DNA of 64,000 nt from the NCBI GenBank assembly GCA_965655095.1, contig OZ296654.1, positions 16,306,001 through 16,370,000 of the forward strand, read 5' to 3'. The first letter of the stretch is position 1. Each line of letters opens with the position of its first letter. This stretch comes from Haplodiscus bocki (lineage: Eukaryota). The notes under the pieces are model-generated. The model was not told where the DNA came from, searched no databases, and worked only from the letters and a program-made list of their open reading frames with translations. Below, piece after piece: positions 12,900-28,500 of this stretch. The position numbers and the translations under genes were made by a program.

Positions 12900-15800
12900 C
12901 GGTTACCCCACTCTTAGCTACTGTCTCGGCGCTTGCCTGCAAGACAAGCAAACCAGTATCACTTGTTTTTTAACGAACTTTCGCCGCGAGGAAGTTGAGA
13001 AACAAACTGATATTGCCTTATGCTTCCCTTAACAGAAAGGAAGAATTGTGGAGCTGAAAATAGAGGAGGAGCAGAATTTTTATATGGAAGCTCTTTTTGA
13101 GAAGAGGAGAAAGTTGGCTGTAGCAAAACTGACGGAAATAGAACAGATGACTGACGTGTCGCAAGCTGGTCAAATTCTGTTGGATGAAGTCTGGAAAACC
13201 AGTTTGGACGATGATACGAAGAGCAATCGGGTGAAACTTTGGGTAAATCGGTCAAGTCTGAAAAAGAGCAGTTTCTTTTGGGTGGTGATACCAAAACAGA
13301 AGAAGAAGCACATGCCGTTGTGATGATTAGCGATAACTCGCCCCAGCTGCCATTGATAAGCAACGACTTAGTGTGCACACTATTTACACACTCTCAGACA
13401 CAGGAAGCTGAAGTTTGACCTGCTTCGCCCATTCATTTCTCCTTAAATTCTACAGAAAGAGTGTTAAAACTAGTGTTTTCGATTAAATCAAGGTCGCAAA
13501 GCACGCCACAAATGCTTTCTTTGGCCTTTCAAAGAGTGAATGTTCCACTAGGATCCGGAAATTTGAGTACTGGACCATTAGCACATCTGGCAGAGCCAGA
13601 TGTTCTTCATCAGGTTCCTCGAGTGTCACTTTCTTCGCAAGCCGAGCAGTCTACCTATCGGCCTGCATAACTGTTCAGACAGTTTTTCCTGCCAACCAAA
13701 CTTAGCTGCTCGAACGTTTCCAGCACAAGCAACAAGTCGTCGACCATCTGTTGTATTTTCACAACCTTCCGCACCCCATACTTGTGCAACACATTGTTTC
13801 AAATGAAGACAAAACCGCATCAAGTTTTCCTGTAAGTCGGTTAACCAGTGGAGAGGTAACGCTCACTACTGTAGTACTCCAAATATTGCTTTGCTCTTCC
13901 TGACTTCTTTGCACGCTCTCGTTTAATCAGTGTCCTCGAGCTACCCGAATACTTCCTATTTGTCGGCCGTAAGCATTGTACTTCCTTAGCAACCTCAAAT
14001 TACAGTGTCTCTAAATTAGCTTGTACAGTCGGTAGCTTGCACTAAAAAATATTATCTTCCTGAGTGGAACTTGGCCCAACACAATGGTAATCCCCTTCAA
14101 AGGCATATTTGACTAGGCCAACTCAAGAGTGCCATAAACTCAACATCACAAGCGAATGATGTCAAGCTCGCTTACTTCAAGACACCAATCACAAGAAAAG
14201 CAAAAACTGCCATCGCTGACTTTGAATGTTGCGGTACGATACACCGAGGTTTCTTTGAGGATCCTTGAGCGTATTTTTGGTCAATCACATGCTAATGTTA
14301 TGGCCTGTTGTTACAACCTGAGTATGCTCCCACCTATGGAGAAGCACAACAACGATCATAGAATCAATTTTGAAGGCACCATTTTAAGCTTAGTTGGTGT
14401 GTTTCGTTCGTTGAAACACGAGCATGACTTGTCAATTGCTTCACTTTTTAGCCATACCTTTCAGACGTTTTTTTCTAACAACGAAGCGTGCTTAACGCAT
14501 ATTCTCCGACGGAACAGGAACAATCCTACTTTGATTGACTTCAATTAATCGACAAAGGAGAAGGCTGAAGGACATGAACGAACGAAAATGCTAAGTGGCA
14601 AAGGCTGTATGGATGACGAAAATACATCGAATGCTACAAAAACGAAGCCTGGAACTAAATAGTTTGCATTCGTTGCCGTTTTTAATCAGTGAAACAAACG
14701 ATTGCAACAAACAATTTGTCAGTACCATGTCAAATTGTGTGGTTTACAAAGCTATATATCTCTCGAAGTGTCCTGCTTTTCAAAAAAGCCATCCACCGAA
14801 CCGAAAAATACTGTATCAGGCCATAAACTCTGGTCCTCTCATTTATGTTGGGAAGCATTTCTTCGGACAAAACACGAGATCTGGTAAATAGTTCAAATAA
14901 AGATGTACAAGCTCTAAGAGTACCATGCTACATTATGCAAAGCGCATCTATCAACTCAAATCAATTAAACAACAAAGCAATGATGGAAAAACTCGTGTCA
15001 AAGCAACGAAAAAATCTTGTAACCAAGAAACCAAAATTTCCGGAATGTCTTCCGCTACAGATGTAAAGTGTTTACAGCAAATCGCTGATGTAAACGTGCA
15101 CTCTGCAGACTGTTTCAAGGACGTTCTTGGCTTGTGTGACTCAGGTCGCAGTCACCTTTGGATTTCGGGGCACTTTGCTAAAAATCCTAAATGTAGGGTC
15201 TTCCGACGGAACTCGGAACTTGGAGGATTAATTACCAGCAATTGGCCCACACTCTAATGGTCCAGCTTAGGTTCACTCCTGCTCATTGGAAGGACTCCTG
15301 TGCAACCTTCACTGTGAAGCCTAACGTGACGAAGTATCTCAAAATTGGTACCAACAACACCAATGTCAACAAGTTTACCCAGCAGTTTGCATACCTTGAC
15401 CCAGTTACACTGAGTAAAAACAGCTGAGCCGATTTATAAATGATACTGGGCCACGACGTTTTTTACCCTATCCGACCCTCAAAATACTCCAGTTGCCATC
15501 CCAATACCGTTGAATTCGGTGTTGACTTGACCAATTCTTTCGACTTGAGTTCTCATGTCCACGTGTTTCAAGATACTTGCACGAACTGATGATGACTAAG
15601 AGTTGTCCGATCAACTAGGTAATCAGTATGACCTGGAATCATAGGAAGCGTACAAACCAATTGATCTTCGCTCCGCAGTCGACGAGCGAGCACTCCGCAT
15701 TCTGGAGAACTCAACTTACCATGATGGGTCCCAATAGCATTGATATGTTATGGGCTGCCGATGAGAGTAACTTTCCAATCATTCAACTTTCCGCTCTTAT

Positions 15801-18200
15801 AAAGTTGTAGTCGTTGGAGCGACGACTTGAGAAGGATCCTAATCTGGAACCGCGTTTTTCAAAAACAACCGAGGATCATTTTTGGAAGGTTACATCGTAC
15901 AAACTGAGCAATTTCTTTGCTTCAAAACAAAAAACTGACGCGAATGGTCTTTCCTCAACTTCCCATTTTTCACCTACAGAAACCTGGCAGAGTGCGACGT
16001 GTTCTTAATGTTGCCGCGTAGTTCCATTGCTATTCGCTGAACAATGATCGTTTGGCAGGTCCAAATTTGTCTCGCATCTAATTCAAACTCTTTATTCTTT
16101 CTGACTGCACCAATTCGTGGTCTCCAGTCATTCTATGTCATACCAATGGACCAACTGCTTCTTGTTTTTCTTGTGGCAAGAAGACCCCGAAACAAACATT
16201 GTAGTGTTTCAATACACACGAAAAAAAATTGGTGTGAAAAAATTCACCAACTTATGCTTACTATACAATGCAAAGAACTGCTACAAAAAAACGCAACGGA
16301 ACATCCCAAACCTAGTCGCTGCTTTGAAGACAAATTTAACATGGACATGTATCTACAACGCCGTGAAGTTATCAAAAAATCCGGACAAAAAAATTAAGCA
16401 ACTCCTTCGCTTGTTACGCTCGGGTAATTTCGATCTCGAAAAGTGCCTGAGCGACGTCCTTGAAGCCGTAGCTGCCCGGAACAGCAACACAGAAGACAAG
16501 GTTGCTGAAACTATTACTAGTGATGAGAAAATTTGACATGTCTCTGAAAGAAAATAAAAAATTAAAGAAAATCACCCCTCAGATACCTATTTTGTCAGTC
16601 GAGGAGGAAGTCCAGAGCCTTAGAAGTTGATAACGCAACGAACATTACTTAATTAAGTGTCGGCAGTCTTCAGCTTTTTTGTTATTGGAGCGCCATACAC
16701 AGTAAAAACTCATTTACTGTTGATGATATCAGGCGTCTCAGGGGCCAGTATTAGGACAATGGAGAACCCGAAAAAATTGTGTAGCAGTTCTTTGACTGAT
16801 GCAAAAAGTTGCATGCATTGAGCTTTAAAATCGTCCGACGGAGATTTTTGAGACGCAAAGATCACGGTTTGGAGTTCAACATGTTTAGCGACAACTTCCG
16901 AAGTGTTTTCATTGTAGTCGCTTTTCTCCGCAAAAAAGTAATAGTGACCAATTCGTCGTTCGAAAAAAAACCTCTCAAATTGGTAAATAACGTGTTTCAC
17001 CCTTGAAAACACTGACAATTTCAAAGCTGGATTTGGAAGCCGCTGTGATAACTTCACATCTCAGCGCTGAAATTCATCTCGCCTTGACGCTGCAAACTGA
17101 CCGCACCATGATCTGGACCGACAGCACAACTTTCTTCCAGTGGCTGAACTTTAGTGACAAACAACCTGCCTTTGGCGAACCGCACAGCAGAATATCTGGA
17201 CCTATCATGACTGGATGAAGGGAAACTTGTTCAATCCGGCAACAGTCCACCTGAGGCTGGTGGACTTGGCATTGCAACTCGTGCACTTTAGGAAGAAACT
17301 TGATTAAAAGTTCGTGACTTTTGAAGAACATCAGTCAAATTAAGCCACCTTAAGATATTGCCAGAAAAATCCAGTTGACCAAGTTAGCTACAAAAGCCAA
17401 ATGATGTTCCAAACATTGTCACTTCAACGTTCGGCGCAACCGTCAACACTAATACACAATGTTTGACTGGCAAAAGTACAAATTATAAAAAAATGCTCCT
17501 TGTGGTGTATGTTTTGCGTGTGTTGCGGAAGTTTAGTAGTCACCCAAGATCAGTAGATCACTCACCAATCGAAATGATTGTGCATTTGCGGAAAGAACAA
17601 TTTTGCTTGTTACAACTTCAGTCAATTAACGCAGAGAAAAAATGCTTGCGTAAGAAGTCCGCAATCAGAAACTTTTGAAAACTAGTCAATTTTACCCTTT
17701 CATTAGAACCAGCTGTCTATTAGGTGCAACGGGTCGAGTAAAAACTTGAAAAAGTAGCTTTTGAAGTGGAACACACCATGTTTTCAACAGCAATCACCCG
17801 GTTTTTTGATCGTTTTCACGAGATTTCGCGACGAACATTTTCACGAGACATTGTAATCAAGCTGTTGACTACTTTTGAGCTTTGACTCAGAAGTATCTGT
17901 TTATCGGACTCGAATTGACTTTGAGATACATAGTCTGAATACGTTGCATGCCGCAAGCAGAAAGATCAGGTTGCCAGTATCATGTCAGACGTTCCCGGGA
18001 ACGTTTAGCATTCCGTTCTCCTTTCACAGACAGCGAAGTGGACGAGTTGCGACCATTTTACGTGTCCGCCAAGCTGTCTACAGAAGATCGAAAGGGATTT
18101 CATTTCACCTGCATAACCAGCCGTGAAGTTTACACCTAGGTGGTGCCATCAATAGACAAGAGTAGTAATGCCATGCGAATGGAAAGATGTTTCACACCGT
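12900..18200 (+). mobile_element. BEL/Pao LTR retrotransposon internal region, heavily degenerate
   Basis: Ordered remnants: Gag (LPEWNLAQHNGNP ~14057; LERIFGQSH), protease (GLCDSGRSHLWIS), RT (SLNNDRLAGPNL ~16030), Pao RNase H (TISKLDLEAA...IWTDSTTFFQW) and integrase (PFTDSEVDELRPF...FTCITSREV). LTRs were not identified and boundaries are approximate. Confidence 0.8.
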
Positions 18201-19531
18201 GGCTTTTCATAACCCAAAGCTTTATTCTCCGCGCCTGTATTTTTGCGAACTCGAAGTTTCTATAAATACCGTGTTTTTTGCGGAAACCTTGTAGTTTCCC
18301 ACACTGTATTTTATACATTTTTAGATCTCTGTGTTCATTTCTCAGACTAATATTAAAAATAATTGCGCTTTTGAGAACGCAAAAATAATCAAGTACCCGC
18401 CAGTATGTTTCGAAAAGGGCCCTATTTCACCGTTTACTCTTATACAAGATGCTTATACTCTCTGATGATGTCACCAAATGCAAGTTTTGGAAATGTTAAA
18501 ATATGCATAAGCCGGTTTCCAATAAACATTCTTCATTTCAGTCAGAGTGTGTAAAAAGGAAGTCATTGTAAGTCGGATACTTTTGAAAAAACATCCCGTA
18601 AAAAACGGAGATAGTGAACCGTGTCTCGATTTTGTCAAACTATTAAATTTTTTTCTGACGTCATTGCCGAAAGAGCGCAGCCAGCAAATGAAAATAGCAA
18701 GCCAATAAAGAGCGAGTAATTAAAACTCAGCGATAGTGATTGGGCTATAGCGTAAAGATGATCATACCGAATGAAGAAAGCGAGGGGTTCATCAAGTCTT
18801 CCACTACACTCACTCGCCTGCTTCCTTCATTCAGCATGATAATGACTTCGAGGCCTCAAAAACGTGAACGGATCATGGACAGATTGAGAACTTAATGTGA
18901 CAGAAGGGTTTGCTACTGACAACAACGACAGCGTTTGCACTTATCGGATTCTAACATCTCAGAAGCCGGGAAAACAGAAAACAACATCAAGTTAAACTAG
19001 AACACAATACATTGGTAATGTACAAACAAACTGCATAAAAGTGGTATTTACAAATGATTCTATTTACACAAATGAACAATTTATTTAGATAGCAATCTTC
19101 TATGGAAAAATTGAAAAACTATTTCAACGATGAAAACACGACGTGTAGATATATTATATTCCTCCACATGGTATTAAGAATCACCCGCGGTTGCAAAATT
19201 GCTTCTGAAACAGAGAGTTTTGTAACAAATTTCTACAACTATCGTTTCGAGATCGCACGGTAAATTGAGCCCTATTAGTTCGTGGTCAGCACAGCGCAGC
19301 CAGGTCGAAAAGTAAATATAGACATCAAGGGTGCAAGGCATTAAGTGCTAAGAATTGAGAAAAGCAGAAAAAATTCCTATCGCGTCGAAAAACTGTAGAC
19401 TAATTAATCAAAGCAACGAAAATTTTTCCATCGCATCATTTAACTAAACTGCAAATATATTTTTTTCCTTTATTTGTTCACTGCCTTTCTAATTTGAGAA
19501 AGATATTTCCATTAATCAAAAAAATAGTGTT

Positions 19532-22500
19532 TCATATTTGACCGAAAAACAAACTTGAATTTTCTAACAAAGCAGAGTCTATTTCCAGGGACGGCTCTGG
19601 CGTCATGGTTTGTCTGAATTGTACGAGCCATTTGTTGAGACGTTGAAGTTGAGATTCCACCGAACCGGGAGGGGGCATCCAGTTATTGAGGTAAGGGTAA
19701 TTCAGTTGGCTGAGGGAGGACTTGTGATGATTGGCAGCAGCTTCGTACCCAGAGTCAGCACTGATCAACCCTCCAATGGCTTCCCCGGTCTCCATCCCCA
19801 CTGACCTTTCTTGTCTATACCTCTTCAGGAGTTCACTGAAACAAAGTTCATCAATGTTCATACGGTGAAATGAGGAAATAAGGTTCCGATGCTTACAATT
19901 GGGGAAACTTCTATTAATCCGCTGGGTTAAAATCTCTTATATTTTTAAGAAATCGGTATCAAGGGTGCTATGTATTGAGCACTAAAAAGAGACGCTCGTT
20001 GTCCACAAGCCGAGAATTAGAAAGAATAAAATTATACACTGTGGAAGTTCACATTGCGCTCTGCGAAGCAAAAAGAAACAAAACCAATAGCCCTCAAGCT
20101 TCCGCTTAATGCCTGAAAATAGAAATTTCTAATAGTATCTTGTAATGGTCAAATACCTCATTGCATTATAAGTTAACAATGTAATTCAATTAAAATCAAC
20201 ATCCTCAAGCATCAGTTTGAACTTGACTAACAGTGTTTTTTTAATGCAAAAGTACTCACGTTGCAGGAATGTAGCCATATCCCATTGGTCGTGCGAATTC
20301 ATCCGCACAGTATGCTCTCGAAGGGTTATCTGAAAAAATGGTGATGAAAAAATTACATGAAACAGAAAAAAACCATCAGAAAATCAGAGAAAATGTCTCA
20401 AGGGTGAGTGTACTACAAATGACTATTAGCTCGGAACTGTTTCATTACGTATCGAAACAGCATCCCAAAACTGACATTTCATCATAAAATAAAATGGTTT
20501 GGAATTATTCTGGAATCATTTAGGGTTTCCCTATACCCCCCGAGACATTTTTTTCCAAAGTTTTCATGTAATTTTCTTTATGATGGAACAGTTTTGGCAC
20601 TATTGTCCGACATTCCTTCAAATATGTAAGAAAACCTTCGGAAATATTTTTGTGATCCATTTGAAATTAAATTGGGCAATGTGTGGGGGAAAAGGAAAAA
20701 GTTCCCAATTTAAACATGATCAAATTCTCATTGGAGTCGGAATCTGCAATATGAATCTTTGACCTGCCAACGTCTATAACATATCCCTAAAGCGTAGAAT
20801 CCAACAAAAATGCACCCACGGAAAAACCAATGCCAAACTTTAATCTCAAACCACCTTTGGACATCCCCTGACAAAACTGGGTTGGAAACTCGTGCACCAG
20901 CAAAATGTGACAAAAAGTGTAAACAGAAAGTTTCAGCATTTGGTTGTAAATGAAAAAATAGTAAGTTGTGCTCAGTTGGTATTTGAAGATGATGTCAGGC
21001 CAACTAGTTTAATGGTAGCACGTCTGCTTTCAAGCATGCAGGATTGGGTTCGATCCTGCTTGGTCTATATTTTATATAGTAGCTGAAATTCTGCTTTGAC
21101 AAATACTAACTATGACCGAAATAAAGTTTCCATTTTCGAGCCATCATTTCTTCGGCAGTTTCGTATTTGACATCATCGTCCCTAAAAGTCTTTCTTGTTT
21201 CTGGGGAAACTTCTCTACCTTTATGCATTGCACGGGTTCTTCCTGGAGATTTAGATTGGGCTCTTTTTTTGCCTTCTTGTGGTTTCAAAGCAGGTTTCTG
21301 CGGTGCAGGTCTAGAGTGTAAGCTGTTCATCAAAGCTCGCAGTCTCTCATTTGTGCTTTCCATCGATGCACCCACGACATTTGATTCGTTAACTGATAAT
21401 GAAAACATTTGCATCAAAGAAAATGCTCGCTAAATCATTTAGCGCTGTAAGGTAGCATACTCAAATGGAAGAAGTAAGAAATTTTACGGAAATTGCCTGA
21501 TAATTTTACCCTAGTCGACAGTGCATGAAAAATTTTGTATCTTACTAAATATTTCTTGAATAATTTTCCATTATTCATCACAACCCTTCCATGCCTATAT
21601 TTTGTCTGTTACTCTGAAATCCTTCTAGTTTCTTCCAAAAGAATCCTACAAAATTAGGCAGTAAGTTACTTCCAAAGCTTCTCAGCAAGTTTTGGGATGC
21701 AGGTCAATTAATTTTACGGCTGTCCAACAACCTTACAATTTTTCCGCCCATTACAGTATAAATTAAACAAGTTTAGTATACAACTGTCGACGTCAGTTCA
21801 TTTCTAAAATGATAACTTAATGGTCAAACGCACGCTTCAGGGAAATAAACCCGCGACAAAATTCGCGGAAAATATCGCGTTCAAGAAGATTACATTCGCG
21901 CTAAAATTGGGTAATTTTCATGAAAATCTCGATTCGCTTCAAAATTTTCTTCCTGGGGTACCGTTTTTCGTTAGAAGATAGTAGAATTGAGGAAAAAAAT
22001 TCGCGTTCATTTGTTGAGATAGCTTCCGATAGTTGGCTTAGTTTTTGTCGAGAAAATTAGAAACTTATTGTCTCCGAACTTCAAAATACAGTGACAAGTA
22101 AGTTGAAACTTCATGAATGAAACCAAAAAAACCTCTTTTTAATAAAAATTAGTTGTGGACTTATTTCCGAAATAGCTTTAAAAGTCGCGGCAATTCTCGG
22201 ACTCTTCTGATTTTCCACAATTCAGGCTAAATCCCGCCCCCGAATTATTGTAGGTATTATTGATGGAAACAGACGCATGAGATTTTTGATATTTTCTCCG
22301 CGTAGCTCGAAAACAGTTTCATGCAGCAGCGGAAACATTCATAATACATATATCCCAAATGTCTGAATATCAATATTTTATAAATATTGTGCCTTTACTA
22401 CGTATTAATGCACCATGTTAGAATTTCCTGTAACATTGACTAGCGTATAGAAGACAAAAAATTCCCCTGCGTTTCCTATTAAGAGTCGGAAATATATATT

Positions 22501-25500
22501 GAAAGGATCCGATTGAAAGTTGCTGACACTAAAGAGGGGGTCAAAAAATTCAGATTCATCAGCTTGATTAGTCCCAAAATGAGAGTTTACTCGTGTTTCC
22601 ACTAACATTTGTGTAAGTTAAGATCGAGAAAGTAAACAATTTGGGAGTCTCAAACTAAGCAAAAGGCACTTCTGTGAGCAAAAAACGGCAAAACGATTTT
22701 CACATTTTCCACAAATTCAAAAATCTTTACCCGGGGGTCAAAATTAGAGAAGTTGCCAATTTTGAGGCTCAGTCAGTATAAGGGGGTGACTCTTGATACG
22801 AAACGCAGAGTAACAGAAAAAAATTCAACAAAAATTTGAATTTCGGCGGGAGAACAAATCAGGAAAACCCTCTCTGGTGTTAGGCGAAGTAAAAAGAGAT
22901 ATCAGTGACCTAAACGTTGTTAGCCCCAAAGTTTCAATTCCTGGCGGTACCAATCCTAAATATATGCATAGAATTTTTCAGCGCTTCAAAATTCATTTTC
23001 CAGCGTTGTGGCTAAAATATTAGGATGAAGCAACCACGTGGAGCTCTGGTGGTTTTTAATCAGCATACTGAAGATGTGCCAGATGTTGCAGCGAATATTT
23101 TTTAGTAGGCGCTTTAGAAAGAAGTGCCTTCAATTACAGTCACTAGTTTTTTTCTCGTGAGACGATCTTCTCACTTCGAACCGACTCACTTTCCTTTTCC
23201 ACCACTCTTGGGTAAAGTTTTTATTTCTTAGCTCGCTTTCTTGGGAAGGACCCAATTTTGCTAAACACTACAAGGTACACCCTACAAAGTTTTTCAGTAC
23301 AGCGAGACTAAAATTTCCGACCAAAAAAACGTGCTACCCCTTTTAGTTTACAGAAAATTTAAACTTCTGTAAACTATTTTTTGAAGAAAAGTGAATTTTT
23401 TTGGCATTGTGAGACGGAAAAGATTGACAAAAGTGATATCTCCTATGTACATACCAAAAGTTGACTAAACGCAAACTCCCAAAAACTTTGATATAACTTT
23501 GCTACGTGAACACGATTTTTTATACTAGCAAAACCAAAAGTTTTCGTCCCTAGATAATGCACCACTCTATTTCTCCCTTATTTATGCGCCAATTTGACCA
23601 ATTTACGCGGAAAACGTGTGACAGAAGACTACCAGTGTGCTGATTTTCATGGAAAAAAATCTATTCAAACTATCAAGGCCTACCATTAAGTATTTTGAGC
23701 CTCAAGGAAGTCATCGCGACTTTGGCCATTCCTGACTTGCTTTTTTTTCGTTAGACGCCTCACTTCAAAACAACCCACTCCTTTTTTACTTTTGTACTTT
23801 TCGGTAGAATTTTCATCTCAATAACTTAAAATACAACATGCTGTCCACGCTCTCGTTTATCGGCTAATAAAATGGTGCGTAACTCTTGGCGGAAAATTGC
23901 GGGATCACTGATTTTCTCTTTGGTATGTGAAGATTCTTCCGAAAAAAAAAACTGCTGAAGAAGACACAAAACTTGAAGAGAATTGTTGTACCTCCGATTT
24001 CCCTCGATAATCTACCAATTTTCCAAATTACTGAGCATGCTTTTTCACTGTGCTAAATAAGCGCCAACCTCGATTATACGTCAACCGTAACTAAACTCCA
24101 TTTTTGATGTTTTATTATCGAAAATGAGATGCTCGAACCCAGGCCCGCTATCGGTCTGTCGCGCCCTCGATTACCCCCCCCCCAAAAATGCTACATGATT
24201 GCTGGTAGAAAACTGAGGAATTATTATGCCTACCGTTCGTATTCTTGAGAAACTATACGAGCAAATTTTTCCGAAATTACAAAAAAAATTCATGATAACC
24301 CCCTCGCCCCAGTTTTTTTCGACGATGTCAATATACACTCTTTCGAAGAAACGAAGAATATAAAGGCAAAAAGTGTTAAATTTTTGCTTAATGCTTGGGA
24401 AGAAAAGCAATGAAAACTAAATATAGTTTGAAATTGCTTCTAAAATTTGTTCCGTATTCTTTCATGAAGATTAGAACTGCTCATTTTTGTTAGTAAAAAA
24501 GGGCAAAATATAAGTAATTTCTTAGGTAGTTTCAGGACTCCTTCTGAAAAGCTTAATTTTTACATTTTCCTCTCCAATTTTTTTTGCAATTTTACGACGA
24601 GTGCTGACAGAAATAACTTAGTTGACTAATTTGTTTCTACATAAAACCAATGATGACGATTACAGTACATGAAAACAAAGAAATTTTCGAAATATTTTCA
24701 ATACCGTATCAGTTTATTTCATCGTTAGGGTCGTCGGGCTTTCGAATGAAAAGCAGTGCAGATATCAGGAAAGAATGTTTATGAGGAAATTCTGTTTAGT
24801 TCTTTGACTAAATAAATAATTTTCTTACCTCCAGCTGCTGCTAAGATATCGTCAGTACTTGAAAACCCACTACTGAATTCATCTTCCTCAAATTTGGTAA
24901 CATCTACAGAATGTTGCGGCATCTTAAAACTGCTCTTTCTCTTCTCTTTGCCCCTTTCCTTAAATTTATTTTCCTCCTTGGAAGAGACATCGACAGTTTT
25001 TGAAGGAACACCAACTGGACCTGTTTGCAGTGACCATGGGCCGACTCTGGCGATGTACTCTTCCTCTTCCTCCATGAAAGATCCGGAATCGAAATCACTT
25101 TCAAACAGGTCCTCCAAAATTTCATCAGCTTGGAACTGCTCAAACTTCTTACTGCTAGTCAAAATACTTGCACTACCGCCGACACCATTCAATTTCTCTT
25201 CTGCTTCTGTCTAAAAATCACTAGTTTTTGGTTCAGTGCAGTCAATTGCCGAAAAAAGTTCCGGAGCTCCAAATTCTCGAAATTGTTATTTCCTACGGAG
25301 GCAAAGCTTACGTAAGAATTTTGCTAAAACTGGTCCATTGGCAGTGACAATTCGATCTGAATAAGAGTGACTGGAATGGTTGGACTTTAATGTTCTATAG
25401 CATGACGACTAGAAATAGACTCGAGTAATACTGAAATACGACCGAAAAGTATAAATCTCCAAAGTTCAAAAAATGAACATACTTGCGTGGACTTGTGGGC

Positions 25501-28500
25501 CACTTCGGTTGTTCTCATTTCACTCTTGCCACCTTGGTTCACTTCGTTGCCCGAATCAGACACAATCTTAGCTGCATCGTCCGTCAATTTTTGGCGCTGA
25601 AAACAGCCAATAAATCTATCGATACAAAATACAGAAAATGTGCCCCGGCGGGGTTCGACTATCGAAGCAAATGAATCAAAACAGGCGGTATAGTTCTCAA
25701 GTTGTTGTTACTGTCGATTGATACTTTGATAGAGGGAATCGAGCTCGTGGTTTCGGAGGAAAATAAGAGTCAATACAAATCAAACTTTTGGTATTATCAG
25801 CTTATCCGGCTTCCAATGCAAAAGACATCACAAAATCAACAGCGAGTACCTCCTACAAAAAACTGACGACCTTGATTGAACAAGTATTACGGCTAGTTAA
25901 CAAGAAGGATGAGCTCCACAATCGAAAAAACTCAATTAAACGTGGATTTTTTGCCACATCAAATTTCCAAATCAATTAGTAAAACCCACAAATATATCAC
26001 TGAATGGCCTTCCACAAATTCGGACCTGTCAATTTCGATCGTGATTGAAATACTCCAATCCGTGGCTTAGGAAAACGATTCTGAATATCGAAAATTCAAT
26101 ATAGGTTGCAATTTCCTCAAAAGTTTTCGACCTATATTGAACCTATGCGATATAAGAGAAAGAAGACTGTGAAGTGTTTTCAGAGATTCTATAACAGGAA
26201 GCTGTGGATTGACAAATTGACCGAAGAAACAGTCGGCAGTTTTCTATTTTTTAAAAAAGTTTCTTGAAGGTGAGGAAAATCACTGATTACAATTTTTACG
26301 TTTTCGGCCTATCACGGTTCCTATGCAAGGAACACAAACTACAATAATAGTATCGATTATTCTTCTAAGAGCTGTCGATTGAGACCTTAACGGAGGAAAT
26401 CCAGCCCGTAGTTTTGGAGAAAATGAGTTTGAATATCGAGAATTATAATACAAGTTGCGTTTTTCAGCAATGTAGGACAAAAGGAATACAATGAAACCCT
26501 TCGGAGAAAAAATTATTGAACTGTTTCTTGTGTTAAATTAAGGCCCAGAAAAAACCGAATACAAATGATCATTGGAGATTTCTCAGAAAAAAAATCAAAT
26601 TTTCGAAGGTAAAATGATTTACTCGATGAAAAAAAATTCTCGGAATTTCGAAGTTTTCTCGATTTCCTACCCATGAAACATATAAAAAACGGCTTTCTTC
26701 AAATTGGGTCAAAAAAAATTCAGGAAAATAAGAAAAACATTTGCCGAAAATCCAAAAAATGAGACCTTAGAATAATAAACCATCTGAATTTCATAAGCTG
26801 TGTCTAAAGCAGCTGCGTATACTTTATATTTAACTTCATAAATAGACGAATTAGATGTAATCAACTGCAGTGAGCTAAACGAATAAAGTACAATTCAGAT
26901 ATTTTACAAATGACAACACCGATGCGAAATGGAGCATTGAGAAGCTGGCAACAGGATAGGAGCTGTGATTGAAGATTTTCCGGATCAATAGTGCTCAAGA
27001 GAATCAATTACGAAAGCATGAATAGGTTAATTTTTCCCCAAAGAGTTCGAATTTTGGAATCAAATGTTCCCCACATGAAGTATAAAACTGGATTTCTCTG
27101 GCGTGGCACAGAGATCGCCCGCTGCGCGTAGTTGCACACAGCTGAGGGTTGCTTTACCATCATTAGTGTTCAGGAATAACTTGAAAACATCTTTGCTAAA
27201 TTTTGACAAAGAAAAACAAATAGAATTTCTCTCGAATTATGCGTGCAAAAGGACGTTCGTGGCTCCCAGTAGAATTCGCGAATTGCAAGTGTTCAAATTG
27301 AAAATGCATGACTCCAACATTGACCAAATTGTTCAAGAAAATCGTTTTTGGAAACAACAGTATGTCGAAAACAATCTAAATTTCGAAATTTTGAGCGGAA
27401 ACATTTTTTTCTCGAAAATTGTTTTAAAATGGAGATCACTAGCGTTCAGCATAATTTATCAATTGCAAGTAGTTTGCCTACAATCAGAGAGCTGCAGTCC
27501 AATCAAGACGATTCAGGATGAGTCGTGAAAATATCATTACCCTAAAAAAATTAAATTTCGAAGTTTAAATGAATTATGCTCCAGATAGTGAGGGAGAATG
27601 AAGATTGCTGGTCTTCAGCAGATATTCCGAATTGCGAGTACTTGAATTGCAAGAGGATGATTGCAGTCCGATCAAAATTAGGTGAAAAAGCGAGTCTGAA
27701 AAAAAGCTCATATGAATAACTGACTTTCCATTTCACGGGTTCCAATTTTTATTTCGTCGTTTTCGCCTTAATCTGAACTTTAGGATGGCAAAAAAATTTT
27801 CATTACATTTCAGCAATTTAATAGTTACCACCACGTGTCTACAATAAATGAAGCAAGTGAATGTAAAAGTTATTTAATTGAGTTGTCAACGGCCAGACAA
27901 AAAAAGAAACGTGAATCGGAAAAAGCTGGTGTTGCCAGCTTGAATAGATGTCTGATAAAAAGCTTAAGAGGTGTCACTGTAATACCGAATACCTTCAACT
28001 TCGATGATATTAAAAATACAAACATAGGCATTAAGGATTGTTGATGATATTAAGAGCTAAATTAGCATAGTAAAAAATGGAACTAAGTCAATTTCACACA
28101 AAAATTCTGTGACCAAGTTTACTTCTTATCACTGAACCCTCCATTGTAGAAGCGGTTTGCTAAAAAAACATCAAGAAAGTAACATCAATACGCCTTCAGC
28201 TTTCGCTTACTGCCCAAGAAATTCCAGCAAAAAGACTCACACCATACTTGTATTTAATCAAAAACTAAACTATCAGGAATTTTTAAGTTAGTAAAATTCA
28301 TTTGAAAGTTCAAAAAGAAAACACCAATTAAAAAACACATTCGAAGGAGACAACAACTTATGTGAAATCCGTCTGAAGATGAAATCTTTCACCTTACTTT
28401 TTTCTCCATCGCCTGAATTTCCTCATCCAGTACCTTCGAATCTTCTCTCACTTTTGTTTTCTTTTCCGAGATTTCACACTCCTTAAAAACACAATCTACT

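Noticed and set aside
20997-21066. Functional tRNA gene
   Set aside because: The anticodon and T stems do not pair properly and there is no clear terminator, so it is listed as tRNA-like only.
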